IMG/VR virus record: IMGVR_UViG_3300025608_000006
Strand: one strand, 5' to 3'
DNA: 64,000 nucleotides
Source of the DNA: a virus
Lineage: Duplodnaviria > Caudoviricetes
The position numbers and the translations under genes are program-made. The notes beneath the pieces were generated by a model. The model was not told where the DNA came from. It saw only the letters and a program-made list of their open reading frames with translations, and made no database searches. How positions within the stretch are numbered: position 1 is the stretch's first letter; each line of letters opens with the position of its first letter. Shown one piece after another: positions 10,241 to 20,441 of this stretch.

Positions 10241-10678
10241 ATGTCTAGATTTGCTCAAGGTAAATTCAATCTAAAAAATCCAGAAAAATATATAGGTAAT
10301 AAGGCACCTACATATCGTTCAGGATGGGAATTTACTTTTATGAAATTCTGTGACGAGCATCCTGCAATTGAACAATGGGCAAGTGAAGCAGTACGTATTC
10401 CTTATCGTAATCCTCTAACTGGCAAACAGACTATCTATGTACCTGACTTCTTTATTTCTTATGCAGATAAAAGTACTAAAAAACGTGTAGAACTTATTGA
10501 AGTTAAACCTGCTAATCAAGCAATGAGAGAAAGATTAGGCAAATCAAAACATAATCAAGCACATTATGTTGTTAATCAAGCCAAATGGGAAGCCGCAAGA
10601 GCATGGTGCAAGCAAAAAGGAATTACATTCCGTATCGTTACTGAAGATGATATATTTCATACTGGGCGCAAAAGATAA
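10241..10678 (+). CDS. head completion nuclease (T4 gp4-like, TnsA-type)
   Basis: NPEKYIG, YRSGWE, WASE, YVPDF, IEVKP, NQAKWEAA motifs. Confidence 0.85.
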   Translation: MSRFAQGKFNLKNPEKYIGNKAPTYRSGWEFTFMKFCDEHPAIEQWASEAVRIPYRNPLTGKQTIYVPDFFISYADKSTKKRVELIEVKPANQAMRERLGKSKHNQAHYVVNQAKWEAARAWCKQKGITFRIVTEDDIFHTGRKR

Positions 10679-10707
10679 ATAATAGTAGCATATAATGGAA
10701 GGCTACC

Positions 10708-11217
10708 ATGACTAAGAAATTAGAAGATTTATTGAACTTGCCTGATTCAAAAGAAATTATTGAAGATGCAGAAGTCCAAGAAGCAGAGCAAAAGAAATAC
10801 GAAATTGATCAAGCTGAAACATTTCGTGATATTGAAGAATTTGATAAAATTGCAAGTGCATTGCCTAGTGTAAGAGGACTGGGACAAAAAGCAGACGAAG
10901 AACTAAACGAAATTGCCGACAAGGCAATGCAAGCATATGACGACTTAATGGACCTAGGCATGAACGTCGAAGCACGATACAGTGGTAGAGTATTTGAAAC
11001 TGCTGGCGGCATGCTTAAAACATCTCTAGATGCTAAAGTTGCAAAGTTAGATAAAAAACTTAAGATGGTAGAATTGCAACTTAAAAAAGAGAAGATGGAC
11101 AAAGATAGTACAGCACCCGGCGACGGCGACATTGTTAACGGAGCAGGGTATGTTGTTACTGACCGTAATAGTTTATTAGAGAAGCTCAAAGGTCTAGATA
11201 GTAGCGATAAAAAATAA
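10708..11217 (+). CDS. possible small terminase subunit (gp16-like)
   Basis: Helical 169 aa protein with DLMDLGMNVEARYSGRVFETAGGMLKTSLDAK segment reminiscent of gp16; upstream of large terminase. Confidence 0.4.
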   Translation: MTKKLEDLLNLPDSKEIIEDAEVQEAEQKKYEIDQAETFRDIEEFDKIASALPSVRGLGQKADEELNEIADKAMQAYDDLMDLGMNVEARYSGRVFETAGGMLKTSLDAKVAKLDKKLKMVELQLKKEKMDKDSTAPGDGDIVNGAGYVVTDRNSLLEKLKGLDSSDKK

Positions 11218-12038
11218 TGCTAATATATGGATCGTATGCTTTAAATTACTGGTTTGACGACTATTATAAATCTCCAACAGATATTGATGTAGTTGTATAT
11301 GATTCAAAATTATACAACTCCGAAATAATTAATGAATTAAAAGCTACAAAATTACCAGTTGAAATAACAGATTCGAGTGAGTCATATTTTTTTAAAGAAC
11401 TAGAAAATATGATAGAAGATTACTATCTAAATCCAACTGGGTTGCTCACTGTAAAAATGTCTCATGCAATGTATAATTACAACTTAGACAAAACAGTAAA
11501 CGATATTATATTCTTGCAGCAAAAAGGCGTGACATACGATTTAGAAATCTTAAATATGCTACGTACACATTGGAAAGAACGTTACAAAAATTTTAGAGAG
11601 ACGATGAATTTTAATTTACCTCCTGAAGAGTTTTTTAATAGTTCAGTTAGTCGTTATGTTGAACACGACGAATTACATGATATATTAAAATTAGATAGTA
11701 TTCCTGCGTATAAGAAAATATTAGACAACGATGTAACTGTAAAAGTATCTCGAAAAAAGTTTGATGCACTTAGTCATGAAGAGCAAATGGCAACTGTTAT
11801 TGAAGAAATATCTGTATTAGCATGTGAACGTTATTTTTATATTTTAGACGCAAAGACTGCGTTTATTCAAGCAGCGCAAGATTTTCTTACACGAATGACA
11901 TCAGGCTGGTATAATATTTTTCTGTTAGAAAATATTCAAGCAGTATTTAATTTTAATAACGTCTCGCATTTTAATACTATGAAACAGATTATGCAGTTTA
12001 TCAGACGTGAACAATATCAACACAACGAAGATAAATAA
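11217..12038 (+). CDS. nucleotidyltransferase-like hypothetical protein (AT-rich insert)
   Basis: N-terminal IYGS...PTDIDVV (GS/DxD pol-beta-like signature); HDELH motif; visibly lower GC than neighbours. Confidence 0.45.
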   Translation: MLIYGSYALNYWFDDYYKSPTDIDVVVYDSKLYNSEIINELKATKLPVEITDSSESYFFKELENMIEDYYLNPTGLLTVKMSHAMYNYNLDKTVNDIIFLQQKGVTYDLEILNMLRTHWKERYKNFRETMNFNLPPEEFFNSSVSRYVEHDELHDILKLDSIPAYKKILDNDVTVKVSRKKFDALSHEEQMATVIEEISVLACERYFYILDAKTAFIQAAQDFLTRMTSGWYNIFLLENIQAVFNFNNVSHFNTMKQIMQFIRREQYQHNEDK

Positions 12039-12065
12039 TACATATAGAACAGGGATCATTGCGCA

Positions 12066-12623
12066 ATGAGATCATTTACAGAAATACTTACAGAGTCTAA
12101 AAAGACTTATGAATTTAAAATTGGAGTTGCTGGACCGTTACCAGAAGGCTTTGCAGACTCTATGGAAACATCACTTAAAAAGTTTAATGTTTCTAATATG
12201 ACGTCAGGAAAGAAAACTCCAATTCAAGAACGTCCACTAGATTTCCCACAACTACAAAATATGGAAGTAACATACTTTGAAGTTGCTGTTGAATATCCAA
12301 CTACAAGTCAAGTACTACAAGAGTATGTAGGTAAATGCTGCGGCGTTGATCAGGCATACATTATTGTACGCAATGCAAACGATCCAAGAGAAGAATATCA
12401 AGAAATGAAAGACGATACTCCGTATGAAGCTATGTTGACCAAAGAAGACATGGGCGGAGAAACTGCACAAGAAGATGTAGCAGGCAATCGTGTAATGAGT
12501 TTATTAAAAGAATTAGAAACTGCTCGCAAGGAAAATGAACACAGTGGTGCAGAAGGTGCTCCAGTTGGAGAATCATCTGATATTGGTGATGCAGAGAATA
12601 CTAAAGCAGTTGTAGGAGGCTGA
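12066..12623 (+). CDS. hypothetical late protein
   Basis: 185 aa ORF after an ATAAATA box; acidic C-terminus. Confidence 0.65.
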   Translation: MRSFTEILTESKKTYEFKIGVAGPLPEGFADSMETSLKKFNVSNMTSGKKTPIQERPLDFPQLQNMEVTYFEVAVEYPTTSQVLQEYVGKCCGVDQAYIIVRNANDPREEYQEMKDDTPYEAMLTKEDMGGETAQEDVAGNRVMSLLKELETARKENEHSGAEGAPVGESSDIGDAENTKAVVGG

Positions 12624-12627
12624 AATT

Positions 12628-13521
12628 ATGGATATGAAAAAACTTTTAGAATCGATGGATCACATTGAAGAATGTGGAATGACAGAAATGCCAGCAGCAG
12701 CACTACCTGCACCAGAAATGGACAAAGGCAATCCAGTAACAGTAAATGTTAGTATGAACGCAAGTGGTAAAGAACATGTTGCAGATCTACTAGACATGAT
12801 GAAAAATGCAGGACTAGGTGGTGCAGAACCAGTAGGTGCTAAAATGCTTTCACCACGCATGGACATGGAACGTTTGTCAGCAATGATGGATGAACCAGGC
12901 TTTGACGATAAAGAAATGCCACTTCCTAGCGGCGCTGAAGCAGATATGGAAGAAGTCGAAGAAGGCCAGTACGACGGTAAGAGCCGTGAAGAACTGTTGA
13001 AAATGAAAGCCCAAGCTGAAGCTGGTATTAAGAATATGCAATCCAGCGGCGACGGCGCACACGAAAAATTTTACGATGAAACACAGATGATGATGGCGCA
13101 ACAGCATCTTGACGACATCAACAATGCACTAAAGAAAGCAGAAGAAAGCGTTGAAGAAGAAGATTATGCTAACGAGCCTGATCCACAATACGGTGACATG
13201 CGTGACGCTATCCCAGACGGCAATGATCTAAACCGTAAAAAGAAATCATATGCTGCTACACAAGATGGCGACAATCCAATGGCTGTTGAAAATATCAAAG
13301 CAGCATTGTATGCAGCATTAACTGAAAAGAAAAAGACTATGGTCAAAGGCCCAGATGGAAAAATGGTGCCAGACTATGCAGCAGACGGCAAAGGCAAAGA
13401 CGATCTCGGCAAAGGTAAAAAAGATACCAAAACTACTGAAGGTCGTGGCAAAGTAATGGCTGGACGCGGACGCGGCAAAGACAAGCTAATGGCTGGCAGA
13501 GGCCGCGGCAAGAAAAAATAA
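12628..13521 (+). CDS. acidic putative internal head protein with basic GRGRG tail
   Basis: E/D/M-rich body; C-terminal GRGKVMAGRGRGKDKLMAGRGRGKKK. Confidence 0.55.
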   Translation: MDMKKLLESMDHIEECGMTEMPAAALPAPEMDKGNPVTVNVSMNASGKEHVADLLDMMKNAGLGGAEPVGAKMLSPRMDMERLSAMMDEPGFDDKEMPLPSGAEADMEEVEEGQYDGKSREELLKMKAQAEAGIKNMQSSGDGAHEKFYDETQMMMAQQHLDDINNALKKAEESVEEEDYANEPDPQYGDMRDAIPDGNDLNRKKKSYAATQDGDNPMAVENIKAALYAALTEKKKTMVKGPDGKMVPDYAADGKGKDDLGKGKKDTKTTEGRGKVMAGRGRGKDKLMAGRGRGKKK

Positions 13522-13540
13522 ACTACGGTGGGGTTACGCC

Positions 13541-13566
13541 AAATAGGACCTTCGGGTCCTATTTTC
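13541..13566 (+). terminator. Rho-independent terminator with UUCG loop
   Basis: AAATAGGACC-TTCG-GGTCCTATTTT. Confidence 0.8.
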
Positions 13567-13582
13567 TTGAGTAAATAACTGT

Positions 13583-13933
13583 ATGACACAACACGATATT
13601 GATTGGTCCGCATATTTTGATAGTATAAAACCTGTTTGTCCATGGAGTGCAGCAGCATGGAAAAAGAGCGAAATTAAAATTACTCAATGGACAGGCGAAT
13701 GGGAACACTTGGGCAACAATCAAGCTATTGTGTATATTGTTCCTAACTACAATCGTAGACGTTTAAAGAAACTGTGCAGCAAATTAGATGTTAGTTTAGA
13801 ATACGAATGGCTGTGGAGCGAACCAAGATACGGCGAGTATGCTGCACCTACACACATCTTAATTCAACAAGATCGCCGTAGACTGTTCGACCTAAGATTC
13901 GACACTGGTTATTACGACGATATAATAGGTTAA
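13583..13933 (+). CDS. hypothetical protein
   Basis: 116 aa ORF after a TAAATA box. Confidence 0.55.
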   Translation: MTQHDIDWSAYFDSIKPVCPWSAAAWKKSEIKITQWTGEWEHLGNNQAIVYIVPNYNRRRLKKLCSKLDVSLEYEWLWSEPRYGEYAAPTHILIQQDRRRLFDLRFDTGYYDDIIG

Positions 13934-13940
13934 ATACAAT

Positions 13941-15521
13941 ATGGCAGCATCATTGGACGGCGTCTTAATTAAGAAGGCCAATAAACAAGAAACATATACA
14001 AACGAGCAAGTTGAAGACTTGATGAAATGCATGGATCCCAATGAAGGATACTTGTACTTTGCTCGCAAGTTTGCTTTTATTCAACACCCCGTTAAAGGCA
14101 AGTTGTTGTTCGATCCGTTTGAGTATCAGTTACGATTGATGCACAGCTATCACAACTATCGCTTTAATATTAACATGATGCCTAGACAAACAGGCAAGAC
14201 CACATGTGCAAGTATCTATTTGGCATGGTATGCTATGTTTAATCCAGATCAAACTATTCTTGTTGCTGCACACAAGTACACAGGTGCGCAAGAGATTATG
14301 TCACGCATACGTTTTGTATATGAAACTTGCCCTGATCATATTAGAGCAGGTGTTACAAGTTACAACAAACAATCAATTGAATTTGAAAATGGATCACGTA
14401 TTGTAGCACAGACTACAACAGGCAACACAGGACGCGGCATGTCAATCTCGCTACTATACTGCGACGAGTTTGCATTTGTGCAACCTAACATTGCCGAAGA
14501 GTTTTGGACTTCAATTTCGCCTACACTAGCAACAGGTGGTCGTGCTATTATTACTAGCACACCTAACAGTGACGAAGATACATTTGCTACTATTTGGAAA
14601 CAAGCAGAAGAAAAGTTTGATGCACATGGCAACGAACAAGAACTAGGATCAAACGGCTTTCACAGTTTTGTTGCACAGTGGGACGAACATCCTGACAGAG
14701 ACGACAAGTGGAAAGAAGAAGAGATTGGACGTATTGGTGAAGAAAAGTTCCGTCGAGAATACGGTTGCGAATTCCTAGTATTTGACGAAACATTAATCAA
14801 CAGTTTAAAACTTGCTGTTATGGAAGGTGCTTCGCCTATACTCAACATGGGACAAACACGTTGGTATAAAAAGCCAAGTCCACAATACACATATGCTGTT
14901 GCATTAGATCCTAGTATGGGCACAGGCGGCGATAATGCTGCTATACAAGTGTTTGAATTACCGTCATATGAACAAGTAGCAGAATGGCAACACAACCAAA
15001 CTGCTATTCCAGGTCAGGTAAGAGTGCTTGCAGACATATGCAAATACCTACAACAAGAAACTAATAACACAAACGGTATATATTGGAGTGTAGAGAACAA
15101 CGGCATCGGTGAAGCATGTTTGCTGGTTATTAACGACTTCGGTGAAGAAAACATTCCAGGCCTGTTTGTAAGTGAGCCTATGCGTAAAGGACATGTAAGA
15201 AAGTTCCGCAAGGGATTTAACACTACACATGGTACTAAAATCACAGCGTGTAGTAGATTAAAAACTATGATTGAAAACGACAAAATGACTATTCATAGTA
15301 AACCATTATTATCAGAACTAAAAGGATTTGTTGCAACAGGTTCAAGTTATCAAGCTAAAAGTGGAATGGGAGACGATCTAGTGAGTGCTACACTATTGGC
15401 ACTGAGAATGATGGCTGTACTCAAAGACTGGGATCCACGAATCTATAATACCTTTACACAAGCAGAAGATCAAGAAGATTATGAAGCACCTATGCCTATC
15501 TTTATAAGCACAAACTTTTAA
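13941..15521 (+). CDS. terminase large subunit (gp17)
   Basis: MPRQTGKTT Walker A, LLYCDEFAFV Walker B, ITSTPN motif, nuclease LDPSMGTGGD and GDDLV. Confidence 0.97.
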   Translation: MAASLDGVLIKKANKQETYTNEQVEDLMKCMDPNEGYLYFARKFAFIQHPVKGKLLFDPFEYQLRLMHSYHNYRFNINMMPRQTGKTTCASIYLAWYAMFNPDQTILVAAHKYTGAQEIMSRIRFVYETCPDHIRAGVTSYNKQSIEFENGSRIVAQTTTGNTGRGMSISLLYCDEFAFVQPNIAEEFWTSISPTLATGGRAIITSTPNSDEDTFATIWKQAEEKFDAHGNEQELGSNGFHSFVAQWDEHPDRDDKWKEEEIGRIGEEKFRREYGCEFLVFDETLINSLKLAVMEGASPILNMGQTRWYKKPSPQYTYAVALDPSMGTGGDNAAIQVFELPSYEQVAEWQHNQTAIPGQVRVLADICKYLQQETNNTNGIYWSVENNGIGEACLLVINDFGEENIPGLFVSEPMRKGHVRKFRKGFNTTHGTKITACSRLKTMIENDKMTIHSKPLLSELKGFVATGSSYQAKSGMGDDLVSATLLALRMMAVLKDWDPRIYNTFTQAEDQEDYEAPMPIFISTNF

Positions 15522-15540
15522 TCAAGCGGATAAATACATT

Positions 15541-17460
15541 ATGCAAGAATTTGACTTAATAGGCGAAGACCTTTTTAATAAAATTAGAGGACGTTTTCCA
15601 GAAGTTACTATAGGTGACGAAACTGGAACAGTTACCAACGAGCCGACTATGGCACGTTTCTTTGATTTTGACTATAATGGACTAGGTAAAGTAAGTGTAA
15701 GTATTTCAGAAGATGAAGGCCTAACTGTTATCTATAGCAAAGACTTTATGGAAGATCAAGACGAAATGACACAAGATGCGTGGTACGATTTCCTAAAAGA
15801 ACTACGTGTGTTTAGCAAAAAGCGTATGTTAGACTACAGCGTAAGAGATATTACAAAGTCAAATTTAAATAAAAGAGATTATAAATTCTTAGCGAAAACT
15901 CCTGAGGACGGACAAATGACAGAATCAAAACTATACGGCACAAGTAAAATTAGTTACCAAAAAGTAGGCGAAGCACGTATTGTAATTCAACATACTGAAA
16001 ACATCAATCAAGAAAGTGCAACAGGACGCACACAAAAAATTGGTAAGATTTACATTGAAAGTGCAGACGGCGAAAGATTCCGTTATCCATACAAGCATCT
16101 AAGTGGTGCAAGAGCAATGGCACGTCACGTAGCAGAAGGTGGCAACACATATGATGACTTTGGTAAGCACATTGTAGGCCTATCAGAAGAAATGGGCAAA
16201 CTACGCAAGTTTAAAAACTACATGGGACGCAGTGCTGTAATGGCAGAAAGTCTCGCAGGGTATGTAGATGTTGTTAAAGAGCGTATTGCTACAGTTAAGA
16301 AAACAATTGAGTCACTTCAAAAGCCAGCATACTATGCAGAAACTGTTGCAGCATTTGAAACACCAATGATGGAAGATGTACCAGCAGATGTTAAAGAAAA
16401 CTGGATTGACCAATTAACTATCAAACAGTTTAATGAAGAACTAGCAGATGTATTTCCATACATTTACAAACTAGTTAGTGAAGCAACTAAGGCCAAAGAA
16501 CTAGGACCAAATGACTTAGTGTCAGAAGATAGTAAAGACGAAGAAGTAGACGAAACAAATAACAGCAAAACAACACGTACTAAAGAAGAAATTGCACTTG
16601 AGCAAGGCTTTGAAGAAATGATGGGTCAGTTTGCAGAAGCAAAAGAGTGCGAAGAATGTAATTGCGCACCTTGCGAATGTGACACAAACGAAGGCAATGT
16701 ACAAGAAGCAATGATTAAGACAAGCAAAGACGCCAGTGACGCACTAGGTGTATTACGTGGTAAAGGCAAAAAGATCGAAACAGGTGACGGTGAGTATGAA
16801 GGCAACCTAGCAAACGAGTATGCTAATGAAGTATGGGATGTTTATTCTTGGATTGAAGCAAGAACAAGCGGATTTCAAGGTATAGATCCAAAGTTTCAAG
16901 AAGCAATCGATGCTATGATGGCATTGCGTAAAGAAGCAAAGAAATTAGAAACTCAACCAGGCTCAGGCAAAAATGCACGTTTTGGTAATCAAATAGTAAA
17001 CACATTATATCCTGTAATGCAGTATATAGATGCACACGACTTTGATAAAAAAGAAGACGACGGCACTGAAGAGCCAAAAGAACAAAAAACCCCAATCGGT
17101 GAGTTTATACTAAGTTACTTTGATAGAGAGACAGGCGTGTTTCCTAAAGGCGAAACAGCAGTACTAACAATGATTGAAAAAGATTATGGCGAGCAGTTCA
17201 TAGAACCTGCTAAGGCATTTATTGAACAAATCACAGCAAAGTTTGACGAGTGGCAGATGCGCTCACAGCCACAGCAAATGGAAGATGAAGTAGACGAAAA
17301 CTTTACACAGGCAGCAGCGGCAGCAGCAAGAGCACACAAAACAGAATTTGAATATCCCAAAGGATCAGGCAAAATGCATCCTGTAAAAATGGACAAAGGC
17401 ACTGCACACGAAATAAATGACGATTACGACAGAATGAGAGAGTTAGCAGGTTTACGTTAA
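15541..17460 (+). CDS. large acidic hypothetical late protein
   Basis: 639 aa after an ATAAATA box; GERFRYPYKHLSGARAMARHV conserved-looking block; CxxCxCxxCxC cluster. Confidence 0.7.
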   Translation: MQEFDLIGEDLFNKIRGRFPEVTIGDETGTVTNEPTMARFFDFDYNGLGKVSVSISEDEGLTVIYSKDFMEDQDEMTQDAWYDFLKELRVFSKKRMLDYSVRDITKSNLNKRDYKFLAKTPEDGQMTESKLYGTSKISYQKVGEARIVIQHTENINQESATGRTQKIGKIYIESADGERFRYPYKHLSGARAMARHVAEGGNTYDDFGKHIVGLSEEMGKLRKFKNYMGRSAVMAESLAGYVDVVKERIATVKKTIESLQKPAYYAETVAAFETPMMEDVPADVKENWIDQLTIKQFNEELADVFPYIYKLVSEATKAKELGPNDLVSEDSKDEEVDETNNSKTTRTKEEIALEQGFEEMMGQFAEAKECEECNCAPCECDTNEGNVQEAMIKTSKDASDALGVLRGKGKKIETGDGEYEGNLANEYANEVWDVYSWIEARTSGFQGIDPKFQEAIDAMMALRKEAKKLETQPGSGKNARFGNQIVNTLYPVMQYIDAHDFDKKEDDGTEEPKEQKTPIGEFILSYFDRETGVFPKGETAVLTMIEKDYGEQFIEPAKAFIEQITAKFDEWQMRSQPQQMEDEVDENFTQAAAAAARAHKTEFEYPKGSGKMHPVKMDKGTAHEINDDYDRMRELAGLR

Positions 17461-17506
17461 TCTGCTAGCACTCATAAGTTTTTATGTTTTTTCTTTCAAA
17501 AAAGAC

Positions 17507-17535
17507 TTGACGAACGTTGTAGACGGTGTTATTAT
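17507..17535 (+). promoter_or_regulatory. sigma70-type promoter for ssb
   Basis: TTGACG-17 nt-TATTAT. Confidence 0.55.
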
Positions 17536-17618
17536 TAATACTGTGCTATAACATATAAAGGCACAGAGCAACATAAGTTGTTCTACACATAGGCATAACA
17601 TTTAGGAGAAAAGGCACT

Positions 17619-18602
17619 ATGGCATCATTAGCAGAAATCCGAGCAAAGCTCAAAGAACAAGAAGCCCGCACAGGCGGCAACCAAGGTCCAACTGGTCCAA
17701 ACCCAATTTACCCATTCTGGAATATCAAAGAAGGTGAAAGCGCAACTTTCCGTTTCCTTCCTGATGGCAACCAAGACAACACTTTCTTTTGGGCAGAACG
17801 TTTGATGATCAAACTTCCGTTCGCTGGTATCAAAGGCGAAACAGATTCACGTCCAGTACAAGTACAAGTTCCGTGTATGGAAATGTATGGCGAAAGCTGT
17901 TCTATCCTACAAGAAGTACGTGGTTGGTTTAAAGATCCTTCACTAGAAGACATGGGTCGTAAGTATTGGAAAAAGCGTTCATACGTATTCCAAGGGTTTG
18001 TAACTGACAATCCGTTGACTACAGATGAAGCGCCTGAGAATCCAATTCGTCGCTTTATTATTGGTCCACAAATCTTCCAAATTATCAAAGCAGCATTGAT
18101 GGATCCAGACATGGAAGAACTGCCAACAGATTATACTGCTGGTGTAGACTTCCGTCTTAACAAAACATCAAAAGGTGGATATGCAGACTACGGCACATCT
18201 AACTGGGCACGTCGTGAGCGTCCTTTGAATGATGCAGAGATGAATGCTGTTAACACACATGGTCTTTTTGATCTAAGTGAATTCCTTCCTAAAAAGCCAG
18301 ACGCAACTGCTGTAAAAGTAATGCAGGAAATGTTTGAAGCGTCAGTAGATGGCGAAGCATATGATGCAGAACGTTGGAGCAACTACTTCCGTCCTGCAGG
18401 CATGCAAGCACGTACAGGCGATCCGCAGAAAGAAGCAAGCCCACAAGCTACTGCTGTAAGTCAAAGCGCACCTGCTCCAGAAGCACAGCCTGCACCAGCG
18501 GCAGAAGCAGCACCAGCACCTGCTCCAGCGGCAGAAGCAGCACCTGCAGAAGGTGGCGGCGCACAGGACATTCTTGCAATGATCCGCTCACGTCAAGGTT
18601 AA
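17619..18602 (+). CDS. single-stranded DNA-binding protein (gp32)
   Basis: ATFRFLPDG, KYWKKRSY, IRRFIIGPQIF, GGYADY motifs; Ala/Pro linker and short C-terminal tail. Confidence 0.9.
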   Translation: MASLAEIRAKLKEQEARTGGNQGPTGPNPIYPFWNIKEGESATFRFLPDGNQDNTFFWAERLMIKLPFAGIKGETDSRPVQVQVPCMEMYGESCSILQEVRGWFKDPSLEDMGRKYWKKRSYVFQGFVTDNPLTTDEAPENPIRRFIIGPQIFQIIKAALMDPDMEELPTDYTAGVDFRLNKTSKGGYADYGTSNWARRERPLNDAEMNAVNTHGLFDLSEFLPKKPDATAVKVMQEMFEASVDGEAYDAERWSNYFRPAGMQARTGDPQKEASPQATAVSQSAPAPEAQPAPAAEAAPAPAPAAEAAPAEGGGAQDILAMIRSRQG

Positions 18603-18611
18603 GGGCAACTG

Positions 18612-18645
18612 AAAAGGGTTGCTTTTGCAGATTGCAACCCTTTTT
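18612..18645 (+). terminator. Terminator after ssb
   Basis: AAAAGGGTTGC...GCAACCCTTTTT. Confidence 0.7.
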
Positions 18646-18671
18646 ACTTTACAGCTTTATAGGAGAATTTA

Positions 18672-19766
18672 ATGGCTAAATCGTTTGATGTTAGTAAGTT
18701 CCGCAAGGACTTAACTAAAAGTATCTCAGGCATGAGTGCTGGATTTAACGATCCTACTGATTGGATTTCAACAGGATCATATGCACTAAACTATCTTATC
18801 TCAGGAGACTTTCACAAAGGTGTTCCGCTAGGTAAGGTTACTGTGTTTGCAGGTGAATCAGGAGCAGGTAAATCATATTTCTGTTCAGGTAACATTGTAA
18901 AACACGCACAGGATCAAGGTATCTTTGTTGTACTAATTGACTCAGAGAACGCACTTGATGAGAGCTGGCTACAGGCTCTTGACGTTGACACAAGTGAAGA
19001 AAAACTTCTTAAACTTAACATGTCAATGATCGATGATGTAGCAAAAACTATCTCAACATTTATTACAGACTTTAAAGCAATGGACGAAGAAGACCGTCCT
19101 AAAGTATTGTTTGTAATTGACAGCTTGGGCATGTTGCTAACACCTACTGATGTTGATCAGTTTAACAAGGGTGATATGAAAGGTGATATGGGTCGTAAGC
19201 CTAAAGCATTGACTTCACTTGTTCGTAACACAGTTAACATGATCGGCTCATTGAACGTTGGACTAGTATGTACTAACCACACATACGCATCGCAAGATAT
19301 GTTTGACCCAGATGACAAGATTAGTGGTGGTTCAGGCTTTATCTATGCATCAAGTATTGTTGTTGCAATGAAGAAGCTGAAACTAAAAGAAGACGAAGCA
19401 GGTAATAAGATCTCAGATGTTATGGGTATCCGTGCTGGTTGTAAAGTAATGAAAACACGCTATGCTAAACCGTTCGAAGGTGTGCAGGTTAAGATTCCTT
19501 ATGAAACTGGTATGAATCCGTACAGTGGTCTTATTGAATTGTTTGAGAAGAAAGGCTTGTTGACAAAGCAAGGCAATCGACTCAAGTATGTAAATCTTGC
19601 AGGCGAAGAAGTTCTTGAATATCGCAAGGCTTGGATGCAAGGCGATAAACTTGATTTGATTATGTCGGAATACGAGGAAAAAATGACTCCTGTGGTAAAT
19701 ACCGATGAAGTTGACGATGAAGAAGCAACTGTTGATCAAATTGAGGAAGCAACTACAAATGAATGA
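18672..19766 (+). CDS. uvsX: RecA-like recombinase UvsX
   Basis: ISTGSYALN, AGESGAGKS Walker A, IDSENALD, VIDSLGML, TNHTY, ISGG. Confidence 0.95.
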   Translation: MAKSFDVSKFRKDLTKSISGMSAGFNDPTDWISTGSYALNYLISGDFHKGVPLGKVTVFAGESGAGKSYFCSGNIVKHAQDQGIFVVLIDSENALDESWLQALDVDTSEEKLLKLNMSMIDDVAKTISTFITDFKAMDEEDRPKVLFVIDSLGMLLTPTDVDQFNKGDMKGDMGRKPKALTSLVRNTVNMIGSLNVGLVCTNHTYASQDMFDPDDKISGGSGFIYASSIVVAMKKLKLKEDEAGNKISDVMGIRAGCKVMKTRYAKPFEGVQVKIPYETGMNPYSGLIELFEKKGLLTKQGNRLKYVNLAGEEVLEYRKAWMQGDKLDLIMSEYEEKMTPVVNTDEVDDEEATVDQIEEATTNE

Positions 19767-19986
19767 AGAACACATCAGTGACATCTGGACAATGTTTAAA
19801 GAATATACAGACAAGAAACAAATGGAACTTGTTGCCGAAAAGTATGTTGATTTATTAGCAGACTACGGTGTTAGTGATGAAACTTTTAAGGAAGTTATTG
19901 GTACAGATTCTTATCTAGATGAAGCAATTAGCTACTATCTAGATTTAGATAATGTGGACGATGACGACGAGGATTGGGACGAATAA
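19759..19986 (+). CDS. hypothetical acidic protein
   Basis: MNEEHISDIW... overlaps uvsX stop and uvsY start. Confidence 0.6.
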   Translation: MNEEHISDIWTMFKEYTDKKQMELVAEKYVDLLADYGVSDETFKEVIGTDSYLDEAISYYLDLDNVDDDDEDWDE

Positions 19987-20441
19987 TGGGATGGTATAGC
20001 GAGGTATCTCGTGACATTAGTAAGATTCCTGGTGCTGTACAGTTCTTCGAAGATGAGCTAGTTAATGCTCGCGTCGAAGTTAAACTCAAAGGCAATGTTG
20101 AACGTGCTGCCGCAGAAATGCCAGGCATTGTTGAACATCGTTTCAATCAGCTTCAAGAGATTGAAGCAATTCTCAACTACTTAAACATCGAGCTGCGTAG
20201 GTTGCGCAGCTCGTACTTTAAGAAATATCTTGAAAACTATCAACGAGCTCTGTCAAGCCGTGACGTTGAAAAATACGTTGACGGTGAGGCAGATGTTGTT
20301 GACTATGAAAAGATTATTAATGAGTTTGCACTAATGCGCAACAAATGGCTAGGTCTACTAAAGGGTCTTGATCAAAAGCAATGGCAGATTACAAACGTGG
20401 TTAAACTACGTGTAGCAGGAATGGAAGATGCAAGCTTATGA
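19986..20441 (+). CDS. uvsY: recombination mediator UvsY
   Basis: MGWYSEV..., ALSSRDVEKYVDGE, LKGLDQKQWQITNVVKLRVAG. Confidence 0.85.
   Translation: MGWYSEVSRDISKIPGAVQFFEDELVNARVEVKLKGNVERAAAEMPGIVEHRFNQLQEIEAILNYLNIELRRLRSSYFKKYLENYQRALSSRDVEKYVDGEADVVDYEKIINEFALMRNKWLGLLKGLDQKQWQITNVVKLRVAGMEDASL

Noticed and set aside
10241-10678. Tn7 TnsA transposase / mobile element
   Set aside because: The TnsA-like fold here matches the T4 gp4 head-completion nuclease in a structural operon; no other transposition genes or ends.
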